A stretch of 63,878 nt of DNA, the filler included, from Collodictyon triciliatum (taxonomy: Eukaryota), in assembly GCA_043381765.1 (NCBI GenBank). It is 8 parts of 8 records of this genome, joined end to end, with 100 filler letters (N's around TTAATTAATTAA, not from the genome) between each part and the next. Parts side by side here need not be neighbours in the genome. Positions count along the whole stretch, not along the records: positions 1 to 10,674 come from JBHJMP010002600.1; positions 10,775 to 21,434 come from JBHJMP010002604.1; 6 more parts are not named here. One strand, written 5' to 3'. Numbering within the stretch: position 1 is the first letter of the stretch; every line of letters starts with the position of its first letter. Of this stretch, positions 1-13,800 are shown in pieces. The position numbers were made by a program, and so were the translations under genes. The notes beneath the pieces are model-generated. The model did no database searches and had not been told where the DNA came from. It saw nothing but the letters and a program-made list of their open reading frames with translations.

Positions 1-13
1 TTCTTTCTTTTTT

Positions 14-76
<63 letters not shown>

Positions 77-366
77 GTTCCTTTTTTTTTTTTGCCCATA
101 GACATTGAGAAAGCCATTCCTCTCCATATATCCCTTTTCATAATGCGCCATGATAAATTATTTCACTGGCAACCATACATCTTTTTCCCTTGAAAACTTC
201 TATTGTGTTTTTAGTATATTTGGGGGAGAAAAGAAAAAAGTTCATTGCTTTTTTTTTTTATTATAATGATTATTTTGAAAAAATAATCAAGTGAAAATGT
301 ATATTGCTTTCATTACCTCAGTAACGATATTCATATGTACATACATTCCTACTCATGATTGTGTAG

Positions 367-864
367 GAGACAAGGATCGAGGGACGTCAGGTTGTCTGGG
401 AAACACTTAAGGCAGCTATAGAAGAGCAGGACACGAGCATGAAGGTCTAACAGAATACACACACTTTGATATCATTAGTCGGCCATATTAAATTTTGGGG
501 ATATATCGATTGATTCAACCATCAATAGTGTTTCTAATGATTCTTCACCTCATTTATCTTTCAAATTTACCCGAGACTCTTATTGCATTAGGCATTGATT
601 CTCCAATCCGCAGGGATTATTGTCATAAACGCAGACCTGTCGGAGGTTTATGACGAGCTGGGTGCCAAGTAAATCCTACTCAATCCCCCTTATTCAGATT
701 GAAGCAATATTCATTTTCAATGCACTCGACCTCCAATATGAGACTGAAGCTCATGCTTTTTACAACAAAAATTGTTTTTGGTTTAGACTAAGCGCATAAA
801 ATCGTGCAGGTACGAAATACCGAATTACATACTGTCAGACCCATCCAACCTTATCGTATCATAG
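367..864 (+). CDS. UBTD1/2 (DC-UbP) ubiquitin-binding domain protein, 3' exons only (367-444, 592-668, 810-864)
   Basis: Spliced translation ETRIEGRQVVWETLKAAIEEQDTSMK/ALILQSAGIIVINADLSEVYDELGAK/YEIPNYILSDPSNLIVS* matches the DC-UbP N-domain pattern (G.x.x.W..L.AA ... YDELG..Y..P.Y..S.P.N); GT-AG introns keep frame. Confidence 0.8.
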
Positions 865-975
865 AGTTCACTCACTGGTGTGGAGAAAACAGTCGATACT
901 GTGCATGATTATAAGTCACAAATGACTAGCTCATAGTCTAAACGCAGCCCCCTTTATCCACTCATAAAGCAACTT

Positions 976-1090
976 CATACATACATACATACATACATAC
1001 ATACATACATACATACATACATACATACATACATACATACATACATACATACATACATACATACATACATACATACATACATACATACAT
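976..1090. repeat. (CATA)n microsatellite; others: (TTTC)n 1-76 and 54597-54712, (AAT)n 4907-4993 and 10580-10674, (ATGAAA)n 13838-13886, (TTG/TTA)n 32098-32203, (CATA)n 40035-40151, (AAAC)n 42872-42970, (AAAAC)n 43075-43166, (TCTA)n 57229-57328, (AAAAG)n 61668-61766
   Basis: Read directly; most scaffold ends coincide with such tracts. Confidence 0.95.
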
Positions 1091-2200
1091 AATGATTCTT
1101 TATATACTCCACAAAAAGAAAAACTGGATTAATGTGTTCTGCAATGTGAGTTTAATTTCCGTTGCACACGAGCTACGGCAGAAATGGGAAAAAGTCAGCA
1201 TCAAGTGATGAAAATACTGAGCCTTTTTAAGTGTAATTGAAAACCCCCAACTGCAAATGAAAAGAACAAGAATATAAAATAATCACAAACAAAAAAAGAA
1301 AAGAAAATAAAAAAAAACAAACAAAAAAACAACAAAATAAAATGACGGCAATAAACACGAAAAGTCTATCAAAGTTTGAAGGCTGCAAGATCGAATCCAC
1401 AGCAATGACCTTTCCGTTTGACTCTCCTCGACACCTCTTGATTAACCCAGAAAGTGAGGCTTTCTAGTTGCGCACAAAACAGCAGCCAAGCCTATGCCCG
1501 GTATCGAATGTTGCTATATATTTCTCAACTATGAAACCCGATTTCACAGGCACCGCGCCGAGCGATCTCATTCCTTGTCAGCCTCTTTGCCTCGTTTCTG
1601 TCCTTCTTTACTCTTTTTTTTTTTGTTTTGTTCAAAATCCCTCGGAATCGCTGGTAAACGGCAAAAGTTGTCGGGATCAGCGCGGTGAAGAGTGTAAGAG
1701 ACCACCAAGGACTTATTAAGCGTCTGCCCAACTTGTAAGAACGTCAGCTTTAATAAAAGAATATCAAGAATTTCAGGTATATTCACATATTCAAAATTCG
1801 TTATTTGGGATGCTATGCTATCAAGAAATATATCAGTCTCACTCGCTCCTTTTATGAGCCCTCAATAATTTCCCAGTATCAGTTCATCAATTTTGATATG
1901 ATTGTGCCTTACTATCATAATTTTATTTATTGTTTTCATTTCTCTGTTACGCTAGTTTCACAAACACTAGAAAAACCAAAAAAAAAAAAAAGCCAAAAAA
2001 CATTTAATCTTCCCTTATATATGATATCCAAATACATTTATGCGAAATGAATGAAAGATCATGAAAAAAAACAATTGTGAATTATGCGTAGAACGCCAGA
2101 TGTTGTGTTTACAAGAGCATTATTTTATGCTTATGTTATAATCCGAACTAAAAAAAAAAGCGCAATACAACTCACTAAACATCGCCCTTCACTACCAGAC

Positions 2201-4904
2201 ATGAGCATATTCGACCGAAGCCACCGACCAGGACACATCCCAACTGCATCGATACCGCCCAATCTCGCGATGAAAACGTCTTCAGACTCAATCAAACCAA
2301 TGGGAGGCTCATCCACCCTACTGCAGCCTTCTCCGATGGCGTTATTTTCCGACGAGTTAATTCTGATTCTCTTTCGTATTTTACCCTTATCAGAGAGCCT
2401 TACACTTGCGCGTGTGTGCCGGCGGTGGAGACAGCTTGTTTGGACCCATTTGCGAACACAACTGGAGACCCGTTTCATCACAAACTCACAACTTCACAAC
2501 ATCACTTTCCAAGAAACAGACGACCTCTTCCATCTTTTGAGACTTCGCCATCGTGAACTCCTTCCTCTGATTGCAAGCTGCTTGCGGAGCATCACGTCCA
2601 TCCCGCATACCCGCTCTTATCTCCAGCAAAAGAAGGCCACCGACCATTTTCTTCGCATGGTGGTCGGCTCCAGTAGCCTCCCCATATGTCGCGATGCCAT
2701 AGTTTCGTTATCTATGCTGTGTTGCCACGGCGAACTCCCATCGAAGCAGGCGGTGTGGCAGAAAATCATGGCAGATCCAAATGCAAAACACCTAGTTCAG
2801 CACATTCATTCTCCAGAAAGCGAGATTGAGATGCACATGCTCGGTATCATCGGCAACATAGCATCGGATCTTCAGCTCCAAAACATCCTCGTCAAGTGGG
2901 GCGCAATCCCGCCCATTCTGCGCGTGCTAAAGAAAGGATTCGATCTCAGTAGTGAACATGCTGTTCGCGTAGTCCTCAACTTCTGCGAAGGAGAACGAGA
3001 GACAAAAGAGGTCCTGATTATTAACGGCGCCGTGGGAGCGTTAATGCGCCACTTTGGCTCGGATGAATACGAGATGGACATATGGAGATGTCTATATCGA
3101 TTGGCCGAAGGAGCAATCAGCAGTGAAGGAGTTGTTTCGGCTATATTTCAGGCTGATTTACTTCGCAACGGCGTGCTTGAATATCTTCGCATGTCCACCA
3201 ACGACTGGGCCTTTGAACTGCGCTCGATGTTAGATGTGCATCCGTTTCTCGTGGACATTGCTCGCTTTGAAGACCTGGACGAACTTGTGCAACAGGCCGA
3301 GAATTCGAATGACCCGATTATTTCTAGCCAGTCATCCATGATTATTTGCGGTATTACATCTGTTTCCGGATTTCGGTCGAGAATCTGCAGGGAAAAGAAA
3401 ATTCCTTCTCTCATTCGTTTGTTGGCCACGCCGGAATTCTTCTATGTAGAGGCTCCAGGAAGTAGCGCTCCTTCATCCTCAGCAAGTTTTGTTGGTATCG
3501 ACACAATTACTCCAGAACTCTTTCCAACTGCAATCCCTTCAACAGAGCCAATCAGTGAGCTTCACCAGTCAGTTTCTGTCCTTGGTCAAACGCCTCCGTC
3601 TGTCATCTCACAAACAAGACCAAGTTCGGCTCTTGAATATCCTGGGTTCCAAGTGAAGGAAAACATATCATTTGCGCTGGCGAACTTTACTGACGATGAG
3701 CAGTTGGCTGAGATATGCGCTGTTCCTGGATTTCTTCCTGTGCTGATTTCACTTCTGGAATCGCGGTCGGGATTCATTCAAGAGGCAGCCTGCTTATTGG
3801 TATCGACTGTTGTGCAGTACGGGAACACCAGTCACAAATTTAGGCAGATAGGCGGAATCGACTCTCTTGCTATGCTTTTTCAGCAAACTAAAAATGAGAG
3901 AGTCTTGGCCCAAATCATGAAATCGTATGCATTTATAATTCCATTAATACTCTATACTGAAATACCGCATATACCATTTATATGTAAATTTGACTGGATA
4001 ATGTAACATCATACCCTTTTTTATTTTAATTTTTTTTTTGACATTCTCTAGAATGACGAATTTATCGCTCGACTTTAATGACCGGAACGTAGAAGCGATG
4101 CACAAGTCATCTATGCTGTGCCATTTATTTGATTACATTCAATCAGATAACTACGATTTATTACATAATCTGACAGGTTTCGTTTTATGATGTAGAAATG
4201 TAATCTTTTAAATATATTGCATTTTTTTTTTATTCCTGCTAGCCAAGCTATCTTTCAGCGGTAAGAAACTAATCTAGAAAGCTCATGTTATAATTTTACA
4301 CTCTACACACTCATATAGAGTGCCTTTGGTGTCTCAGTATATCTGACGATACCCGCATGTTTCTGAGAGAACATGCTATGTTTCCGTCGGTCATGAAGCT
4401 TTTGGATTCGAAGGACTTTGAGATTCGATGCAATGTGTCTGGGATGCTAGGTAATCTGATGACTATGGAGAGTGCAGCTTTTTGGAAGGGACAAGTGAGT
4501 ATCAAAATACATGTTTCTTTTTTTTTTCTTTTTTAAAAAAAAACCCCGAAAAATTTCTCAATGTCACCATCATTAAATCTTACTATTTTTTTTTTTGTGG
4601 ACGTGTTTTCTGTTCTCTTTGTGACCTCCCATTAATTATATACGCCGATAGAAAATCACAATAATGTTGTATCGGCATTTGAGAGACTTTGCCCAAATGG
4701 TTTGTGAGCACGTGTTACAAATGCTCGCTGGGCTTTGTCATGATTGTTTATATGACCCTCAGTTGCATAGAGACTACCTTGAGGATGTACTGGAATTATT
4801 CGAACAAGGTTTGTATCCATAGTTCAAAACGGGGTATTTAGACACTGTTGGTGCTGAATAAATTACATCATAATTTTATTATGTTTCTTATTGTAATATT
4901 CTTT

Positions 4905-4998
<94 letters not shown>

Positions 4999-7900
4999 TG
5001 TTGATACATACATTTCATAATCGTTGCGATTGGACATTCTAAAAGGGGATGAAGACGTGAGCGAGCATGCAGCCGGAACTCTGACTCCATTAACATGTTA
5101 CTCCGATATATGTTCAGCAGGTATATTTTCGTCGAGAAAGAAACGAACAGAAATAAGAAATGAAACGAACAGAAATAAGAAATGAAACGAACAGAAATAA
5201 GAAATGAAAAGAAAATATTGGAACATTTCCAACACTAGGGTAAACTAAGCGCCCATATCATCAAAAGGAGGCATTCGTGACGGGCTTTATAAATTCTTAA
5301 TTCTGTCAAATAAATTCCACTTTATGATTCTAACATCTATTATGATGTAATTGTTGCATACAGATTTGGCTGAGCTAGGTTTTTTGTCAACAATGGCTAG
5401 CCTACTGAGGCTAGATAGAATTAAAACATTTCTTCCGTTGGCTGTCTTATACAACGTGATAAAATCAACTCATGAAGCCACAACCTTTGTTCATTTACGT
5501 GGGCTTCATCATCTCACTAAATTATTGTGCTCTACTCAAGACCACGATGTAACATGGGTTACCACAGCATGTTTTTCAATGATTATAGAAGTTCATGGTG
5601 ACTTTGTTAAGAATATTATGTTAAACAACAAAGAATTCCTCGAACAAATGCAAAAAGTAAATTCCATTACATTACATTCTACGTTTATTTCTCTATTTCA
5701 TAGTTGATTTTTAAATTTTTCTCCCATTTCGATATCCGAGTTAAGCGCATCACATTTGGGATTGGAGAGTTAATTGCTTCAACTCTAATTTTTCTTCCTT
5801 TTTTTCTTCTTCTTTTTCTTCAATGTATGCAGTGGCTATCAGAGACGGACAATCCCTTGCATCAAAGTTGTGCATCTTGGTTGCTTATGTTCCTCGCTCT
5901 CGACCAGCCAAGCTCAGACCTTCTCCTGCAGGTTCGAAAAGCATCTGCCAATCTGTTGCGGTTTATCAGCAAGGAAGAGCACGCAGAGCATGTTCTCAGA
6001 GTTATGGCACGGTATGTAACCGCTAATAATAGTATTTTCCCTCAGTACTCTTGTAATTCCTTTATTTTCTAACGAGAAATTTACTCAACATCGACTAGAT
6101 TATGCACCCTTGATTCGCAATATCTTGAGATTATACAAAAGGCTGGGGCCATGCAGGCCTTTATGAAGGCAATTGATTATGAGGAAACTTCATTCCAATC
6201 GCAGGCATGGCTTTATTTGTCTCTATTTTCATTTCATCTATCGTTCATTAATTTTGATAATTTAAAAGAAAATTATGGTATACATATCCTTCATTGTTAT
6301 CACTTCAGGAATTTATTCATATTTAAAAAGTTGCTTATATTTTCAGACTCTGACATTTTATTGCGGAACCATTACCTAACATGGAACCACAATCATGTGA
6401 TTTAGAACATAAATACTGCCATTCTTTGGGCATTGGCTAACATGCTGGAAGAAAACGAAGAGGGAGTGGAATCGTTTATTCGACTCGGAGGAATTTCCTG
6501 TGCCCTTAGGTTTGTTATAATTTAAGTCGTGATTGAAAGTATATACTACCACACATGCTTTTCTATTTTCTCATTTACACATCATTTCACAATTTTAGAC
6601 AGAATTATTCCTGTTACAATACTTCAATATCTATCTTATATTCTATGCTTAATAATTATCGCATCCTAATACCACTCATTCTATTAGATTTTTGAAGAAA
6701 AGTGCTTCTGATTGGGCGAAAGTCCCAGCTGCAGCACTAATTACGATTTGCTTTAGCAAGCATAATTCCAACGGAAGCATGAGGTTTTTGTTTTGTTTCG
6801 TTTTATTTTGATCCATTAAAAGAAACTTAAGGAAGGAAGCATTTTAAAGCGTAGTTTCGTCATACTCTTTTCGCTCAATGGAGTTTATCGTGCAGTAAGG
6901 ATAACAAAAAAAAACATTGTATATTCGATAAAAATAAAATAAAAACATAGTCAATCTGCCAATGTGGAAGAGCTATATACTGTGCTGTGCGATTTAATCC
7001 AATCGACAAGAGACCCTGCTTTGAAATGTTATGCCGCATCCGCTCTTGCAGCTGTTCAGCAATACAGCGCTCTCACAGCCACACCAAACTATACGGCTCC
7101 CATTTCCGCCACATTCACCCAAAACAAGCGCATTGATAGCATCCTTACGGGCGAAAATGGACTTGTATTTTTGTTCAAGATTCTGAAGTAACTTTTCTAT
7201 AATTATTATATAGGCGACATTATTCAAACATTTAATAGTGCACTCATTTTTTTCTTAAAAAAGAGATTCCTAGGGTTTCCGTATCACAATCCTCTTCGCT
7301 TTCATATATTTTTCTCACTTGTTTTTTTGTGGTATATGACAAGGTCAAAGTCCAACCACTTGAGACGGATTGCGATTCAGTCTCTCGGAACACTGGCATC
7401 AACAAGTCGTATCTGCCTGAAAGCAGTCAAGGATGAAAATGCACTTGACATTGTCTTTCAATCTCTGCAGCGAAGCAATTACTACGACATGCTTTGGACT
7501 TGTTTGGACACAATCACCACTCTCGCCGCATGCGACACAGAGTTACAAGTCCAAATATGCGACAAGTTTGTCTTCCCTTTCAAAGAGGGACAGTGGCAAA
7601 ATACTCGGCTGCGGGACAAGGTGACTCGCTTACAGGGTTTCCTTTCCTTACGCCAAAATCTGCGGATGGGACTTTTGAGCGCCACATCTGGATTTGGCCT
7701 GGCATCGCTTAGCAAGCCACCGCAACCCAAAGACGCACCCGTCAGCCCAGGCCCATCAAGAAACCTGAAAACAGCAGACAAGCAACGCAAGCCGCTTCCA
7801 GGATTACAATCTGTTCCATCAAATCCCGTTGTATCGGTGGAAAACAATAATCTCGTTCGCACCTCGGAAAAGCGCCTTCCAAAAGCCCGGAAGAGAACGG

Positions 7901-8784
7901 TTCTTGTGGGCAGCGTAGACTTTGATGATGTCCACCGCAGCGATGAAAAGCTACCGATGCATCCAGCATCGCGATTGACCCCAACTCGCCCGATAACTGT
8001 GCGACCGACTGCATCGTCCCCACCAGCCAATAACCGCACCAGAAGGATACTGCATGACGAAGTACGTAATACTGGCCAACTCCTACTCTTAAGTCACTTT
8101 CGTCACTCTCATCACTCTCATCACTCTCATCACTCTCATCACTCTCATCACTCTTTTTGCCTTCTAGTCTGCATCCCGAGCTGGACGACCAACCACGAAC
8201 CAAGGACACGAGCGCGCACCCACAAAGTCGCGAGACGGGGCATCACTTCCACCACTGCGCTCGGACATGCAAAGTTCCCACCGACCCCGCACATCAAACC
8301 AGCCCGGACAGACTCTGCCATCTTCCACCTCGAATGGCGAGGCGGTCTGTGGACATCATCTGCATCCAACAAGCTTCCATTGCTGGACAACGAGTTTGGG
8401 CCTTTCCCATCCGACCCGAGTGCCTTTCTTCCAGCCGCCCGCCCTTACACAACGGCTGAGAGAATGCGGGGGACGGTGGTGGCCCAGGCCGACCTCTTTG
8501 TTATCGGGCATCAGCACAGTTCCCCGTCCAATCCGTCGCTCCGTCCACCAACCCAAGAGCAAGTGGGCCGTATATTGCCTCCGCATTCACATCTGCACCC
8601 AACAAGAGCCCGCAACATCGTCGCAGACACAACACCGCCATCCACCGCGCTGCATCATTCGGGCGGGGCGCGAAGACATGCGAGCACAGGCAGCGAGAAT
8701 ACGCGAGGCCAAAGCAGACTGCAGCAGAAGATTCATGAGGTTGCATTGTCGTACTTTGGGCGGTCGACGATATCCACGTCATAG
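2201..8784 (+). CDS. F-box + armadillo-repeat protein with low-complexity C-tail (multi-exon)
   Basis: F-box motif LFSDELILILFRILPLSESLTLARVCRRWRQLV; ARM motifs (GAIPPILRVL, GAVGALMRHF, ALANFT, GGIDSL, WALANML); about 13 exons join in frame, one via a GC donor at 6205. Confidence 0.8.
5141..5208. repeat. Intronic 22-bp tandem repeat x3 (aaacgaacagaaataagaaatg)
   Basis: Read directly. Confidence 0.85.
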
Positions 8785-9566
8785 TAGTCTGGATTTTCAT
8801 TCTACTTTCTTTTTCATATGTATCTTGATTATATGTGGGGGGCGTGCACAAATTGTCCCATGTGCTTCTGTACCGACTTCGGGACCTCTTCTGGGGGTCT
8901 GTGGTTGTTTGGAAGTTGAATCAGCGTGTATCATTAACATGCTACCGGAGGGAAAAAGAGACGCACAAACGAATAAGGGATATGTGGGCAAAATGCATGA
9001 GCGTTTTTTTCTCTTCCTTGTGTTAATTATCATTGCTTTCATGCACTTTTGCTCCCAAGGAAGCAGATGTGTTGGTTCGATATTATTCTCTCGCCTGGAA
9101 GAACTCGACAGCGTGCCAAGAAGTCCCTTGCTTTTTTTTTTTCTTTTCTCCCCTTTTCTTCCTTTTCCATTTTCAGCCGGGTGTATTATAATAAAGCTAT
9201 CTTCCTTTTCCTCTTCATCTTTGCATATGTAGTCAGTGTTGCAGCACCATAAGCAAGGCAGCTAGGGAAAGAGCATACTGCGGATATTGCGATAGTGATG
9301 GTTTTTATAGAGGCCAGCCGGAACAGGTTGGCTGTATGAAATATTGTAGCGTGTGGCAGACAGGACGGACGATGTGTGAGGTTTTTATACGTATAGATAA
9401 AGTTGAAGACGGAGATGGTAGCAGAAACCGGACGCGGATAATCACCGCGATTCGGAGGAAACAGGGACAAGTGCACAATGGAGCAGATGGAGGGCGAATA
9501 ATAAAGAGAGCAAACGACGCAGGCCGAGCACAAGCGGCCCGCTAGAGAGTAAACCCAACCAGCATC

Positions 9567-10502
9567 AATCAGTGCCTCTTAGAGACTCGGCTACGTCTTC
9601 CTCTTCAAAAATCTCGTCAATCAGACCCTCCGGATCCAATGGCCTTCGGCTTTCTTTGACTGGCTCCATGGCCTTGTCACTAGGTGCGCCCTCTGGCTTT
9701 TCCTATCAGCCAAGGATATGTCAGCCATCTCAATAAGTTTTTTTTTTNNNNNNNNNNNNNNNNNNNNNNNNNNNNNNNNNNNNNNNNNNNNNNNNNNNNN
9801 NNNNNNNNNNNNNNNNNNNNNNNNNNNNNNNNNNNNNNNNNNNNNNNNNNNNNNNNNNNNNNNNNNNNNNNNNNNNNNNNNNNNNNNNNNNNNNNNNNNN
9901 NNNNNNNNNNNNNNNNNNNNNNNNNNNNNNNNNNNNNNNNNNNNNNNNNNNNNNNNNNNNNNNNNNNNNNNNNNNNNNNNNNNNNNNNNNNNNNNNNNNN
10001 NNNNNNNNNNNNNNNNNNNNNNNNNNNNNNNNNNNNNNNNNNNNNNNNNNNNNNNNNNTTTTTTTTTTTTTTTTTTTTTGCTTCAAGTTAACGCTTTGAA
10101 GCTCATGCAGTGTAAGAATTATTCTTCGTCTAATTTTTTTTCATTTTTTCATGCTGTTTGATTATCTCAATAACTTTCCTAATTATACGTAATAGCATAA
10201 TTCTGTATCAACTCTGTATTTACTACCTTATTGCCCCACTTTCGCTGATAGTATCTTCATGGTAGTCATCCACTGGTGATAAACTATGCGCTGATTTGTT
10301 TGAATTCCCAGGTCTATGAAATCGACACCCAGAGAATTTTTTTAAAAAAAACAAGTGAGAACAGATAGAAATGAAGAAAAAAAGAAAACAATATCCTTTA
10401 GAGAAAAAAACCTAGGGTAGTGCATCATAAGTGTCTGATTTTGGGGTGAAAAATACATACGAGTCCACAGAATCCTTCCTCCTCGTCACGAGAAGCTTCA
10501 CC
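9567..10502 (-). CDS. 3' exons of an unidentified gene convergent with the ARM gene (partial, interrupted by an N gap)
   Basis: Minus-strand exons with AG/GT borders: VKLLVTRRKDSVDS, PGNSNKSAHSLSPVDDYHEDTISESGAI, EKPEGAPSDK...EEEDVAESLRGTD*; no recognisable domain. Confidence 0.45.
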
Positions 10503-10578
10503 TGTGATATGAAAGGTATTGCATATTCAGTATAAAAGATATGTAAGGGAGCCTCAACACAAACGAAAAAACGAGACC

Positions 10579-10674
<96 letters not shown>

Positions 10675-10774
10675 NNNNNNNNNNNNNNNNNNNNNNNNNN
10701 NNNNNNNNNNNNNNNNNNTTAATTAATTAANNNNNNNNNNNNNNNNNNNNNNNNNNNNNNNNNNNNNNNNNNNN
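10675..10774. other. Artificial scaffold linker 44N-TTAATTAATTAA-44N; also at 21435-21534, 32204-32303, 42971-43070, 53727-53826, 58772-58871 and 62512-62611
   Basis: Identical 100-nt structure seven times, with stops in all six frames; genes are truncated at these points. Confidence 0.97.
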
Positions 10775-10854
10775 TTTTTTTTGGTTTTTTTTTTTTTTTT
10801 GGTTTTTGTCACAAACGAGGGGGCTTCATGTAGCATGCAAGGAACACATCTTAC

Positions 10855-13800
10855 CACCCACGAATGCTCTCCACAAAATGCTTGACACATAGTGTTTTCG
10901 CGCTTTGAGCCGCGCCAGTAAAGCATTCTCAAGTGTGTGAGTTTCCCGCAATAAACGTGGAAATGGTTGTCGCAACCCGAAAAAGCACAAGGAAGACAAT
11001 AGCCCCCTACTTCGCCACAAACAGAGCAAGGCTGTTGGATTAACATAAGATAGTATGTATATATAAGTCGTTGGCTCTAGTTGATTAAGTACAAATCGTT
11101 CATTTTAAAATTAACTCACTAGACAGCGTGAATTAGTAGCGCATTATCCTCAAATATATTGGCGTCGGATAAATGGGGCTGTTTACAATTAGGAGTGATT
11201 GTATGTTATCCTTACCTTGTCGCTTTTTCGATTCGAAAGGGCACCTTCAACCCCAACAATTGGCTGAAAAGCAACTTCGCTGCCAAAGCGAACGCCAGAC
11301 GTCCACAGGGCACATGTGAGATGTACCCAACTTGACTCGGATTTTTTGAATGCACCTTTTACGATTGGGCACAGCATGCAGGCTTCCTCAGGCTTCTTGA
11401 ATAATTTAAATAGATATCAGATGAAATAGAGGGAATAATCTTATGAGAGAATAAAAACTGGAGGGAGAAAACGAAAATGATTTTTTCCCTTTATTTGATT
11501 CAAAGAAAATGAAAAATGAATAATGAAAAATGAATAATGAAAATGAAAAGAAAATGAAAGAGTGAGAAAATAAAGTGGTATACCTCTTGCTGGGCGAATT
11601 GGCATCGGTCGCATTTCCACGTCAGTGATGGATATTGGTTTGGATATCCATAGCAAATTGAATGAACAAGTATATGACATTGACAGCATTTCAAAACAAC
11701 AACTTTGGAATCAACCCTGGAGAAGCAAACGCAGCATTGACCAAATAAATCCACTACACTGAGCGGCATGCGTTTCTCAGCTTCAGGCTTCTTTTCAGTT
11801 TTCGGTCTAGAAATTATAACCTCTTTGTCAACTGGCAGGCTCAGGGCTTGCTGTTGGGGCTTTGAATGAATCTCTCGGAGAAGCTCTTCAGTGGCAGGAA
11901 ATGTTGTGAGGTATGTTTTTGAATTTGCGCGAACAAACTGAACGATACTAACTTTGGACATGTCAACTTTGACCTGAGAATTTTAACAAACAAAAAAAAT
12001 ATAATATTATTAGATAAAAAGGTCGACCAGTGAAAAAATCTAAATTGAATCATGATGCAAATTGTCTAGCAAAATATACCTGGTTGGCTCTACATATCTC
12101 CTTTTTTTTTCTTTTTGAAAAAATATAAACAGCAAGGCAAGATATAGAAAAAAAATTACTTTTCCGACAACTTTGGAATGGTGCAGGCAAAATGGTCGCA
12201 AGCTGACGGTGCCGTCTGGCTCGATGACATGGCGAGTTTCATATCCATTCATTTTTGCGCATGTGATATGGAATGTTTGGCTACATCCTGGTTCGGAGCA
12301 TTTCACACATCCGCCGCCTCTGTTTCTACAAAAGCCACATTCCTGTATGGATTTGTCGAGCATTTAAAAATATCCTCAGTCATGGATTTCTTCACATGTC
12401 AATGTTGTCCATGGAATATATAGAAAGCAATAAACAATTGAAATATTGTGGAATACAAACTGTAAGCTTTTGATTCCTCGAAAGTAACATAGGAGACATT
12501 ATATCAGACATGAATTCCATGTTTTTTACAACCATTTCTGGGTTCCAAATTACACACGTCATGTGGCACCATCTTCCATCTTCTGATCTTCTCATGGCAC
12601 CACCACTCATGTGACATAAGACACATTTCTGTGAATAAAAATATCAGTAACAAAGGAGAGAAAAACATAAGATAAATTTAAACAAAAAAGTGAGGAAAAT
12701 GAAAATGACAGTAGAAAGGAAGAAAATATTATTGGTTGGCACTCAGAGTTTCTTGGGAAAAAAACTCATTCAGATGAGATTGCAAGGTTATGGGAACTCC
12801 CAACAATCTTGGGTGAATATGCATCTAACCAAAACCAAGACAAACCGCTGTTGCTGCGCCATTAATTCTGCACCGATCGCAAAACCATTGTCCATCCGGT
12901 ATCTTCCGCACTCCATAGCACGATTGGTGCACTGCAACATTGCACCGGTCACAGAAGAGGATTTCATCCTCCTCATATGATTCTGGATTGAAGCACACAT
13001 TGCATGCTGTGTCTTGTTCGTCTAATCCATCATGAGGATTAAATACTAACCCACGCAAAACAGAGCGAGGCTTAATCTCTCCAGGTTTTGGAAATTCCTG
13101 TGTCGGTTTTTGTGAATCTGAAATGGACTTTGTAACTGCTTTTGAAGGTTCAGATGGAACCAACGAGAGTGCCTTAGAGACCAAAGATTTTGCAGAGCTT
13201 GACCGCTTCTTTGGGGCGGGTGATGACACCAGGACAGATGATTTCGGTGACCTGACTCCTGATAAAGTTTGCGGTTCTTGATTGATTGAATTGCTTGTCC
13301 TTGATTTGGTTGTCATTCGTGTGATGGATGGGTCAAAACGGGAAATCGAAGGAGTTATATTGCGGGTGCGGGTGGGTCGAATCTGATACTCGTAAATTCC
13401 AAACTCATTAATATCAGTATCTTGTTGACTTGGTTCATCTTTAATAGCTATTTGTGTTTTTGGTTTCTTGGGCCTTGCTTGGGATGGCTGGGCACTAGGG
13501 GATTTTGTAGACACCGTGGATGAATTTGATCGCTTCCGCCCTGTGCTTGTTCGTTTCTTGCTACTGTTTTTTCGATGTCTACGAGAGGATGAAGATGTGG
13601 GTGCCTCGTCAGGAGAGTCTAGGTCGCGAAAGCGTTGCTGTTCATAAAAAAAAAAAGTAGTTATTTATGTGTATCTATAAACTTTGAATCGAATAAGGAG
13701 AGTAATTATTTATTGTCATGCCTGTTAATATACTATTTTGAGAATGAGAATGAGAAAATAAAGTATTAAAAAAATCTACATGCCCAACGACAAACAAAAA

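Noticed and set aside
10719-10730. TTAATTAATTAA recurring about every 10.7 kb, suggesting a periodic element or nanochromosome ends
   Set aside because: Always embedded in exactly 44+44 N with stops in all frames, so an artificial linker; similar scaffold sizes (10656-10669 bp) most likely reflect ordering by length, and no telomeres cap the pieces
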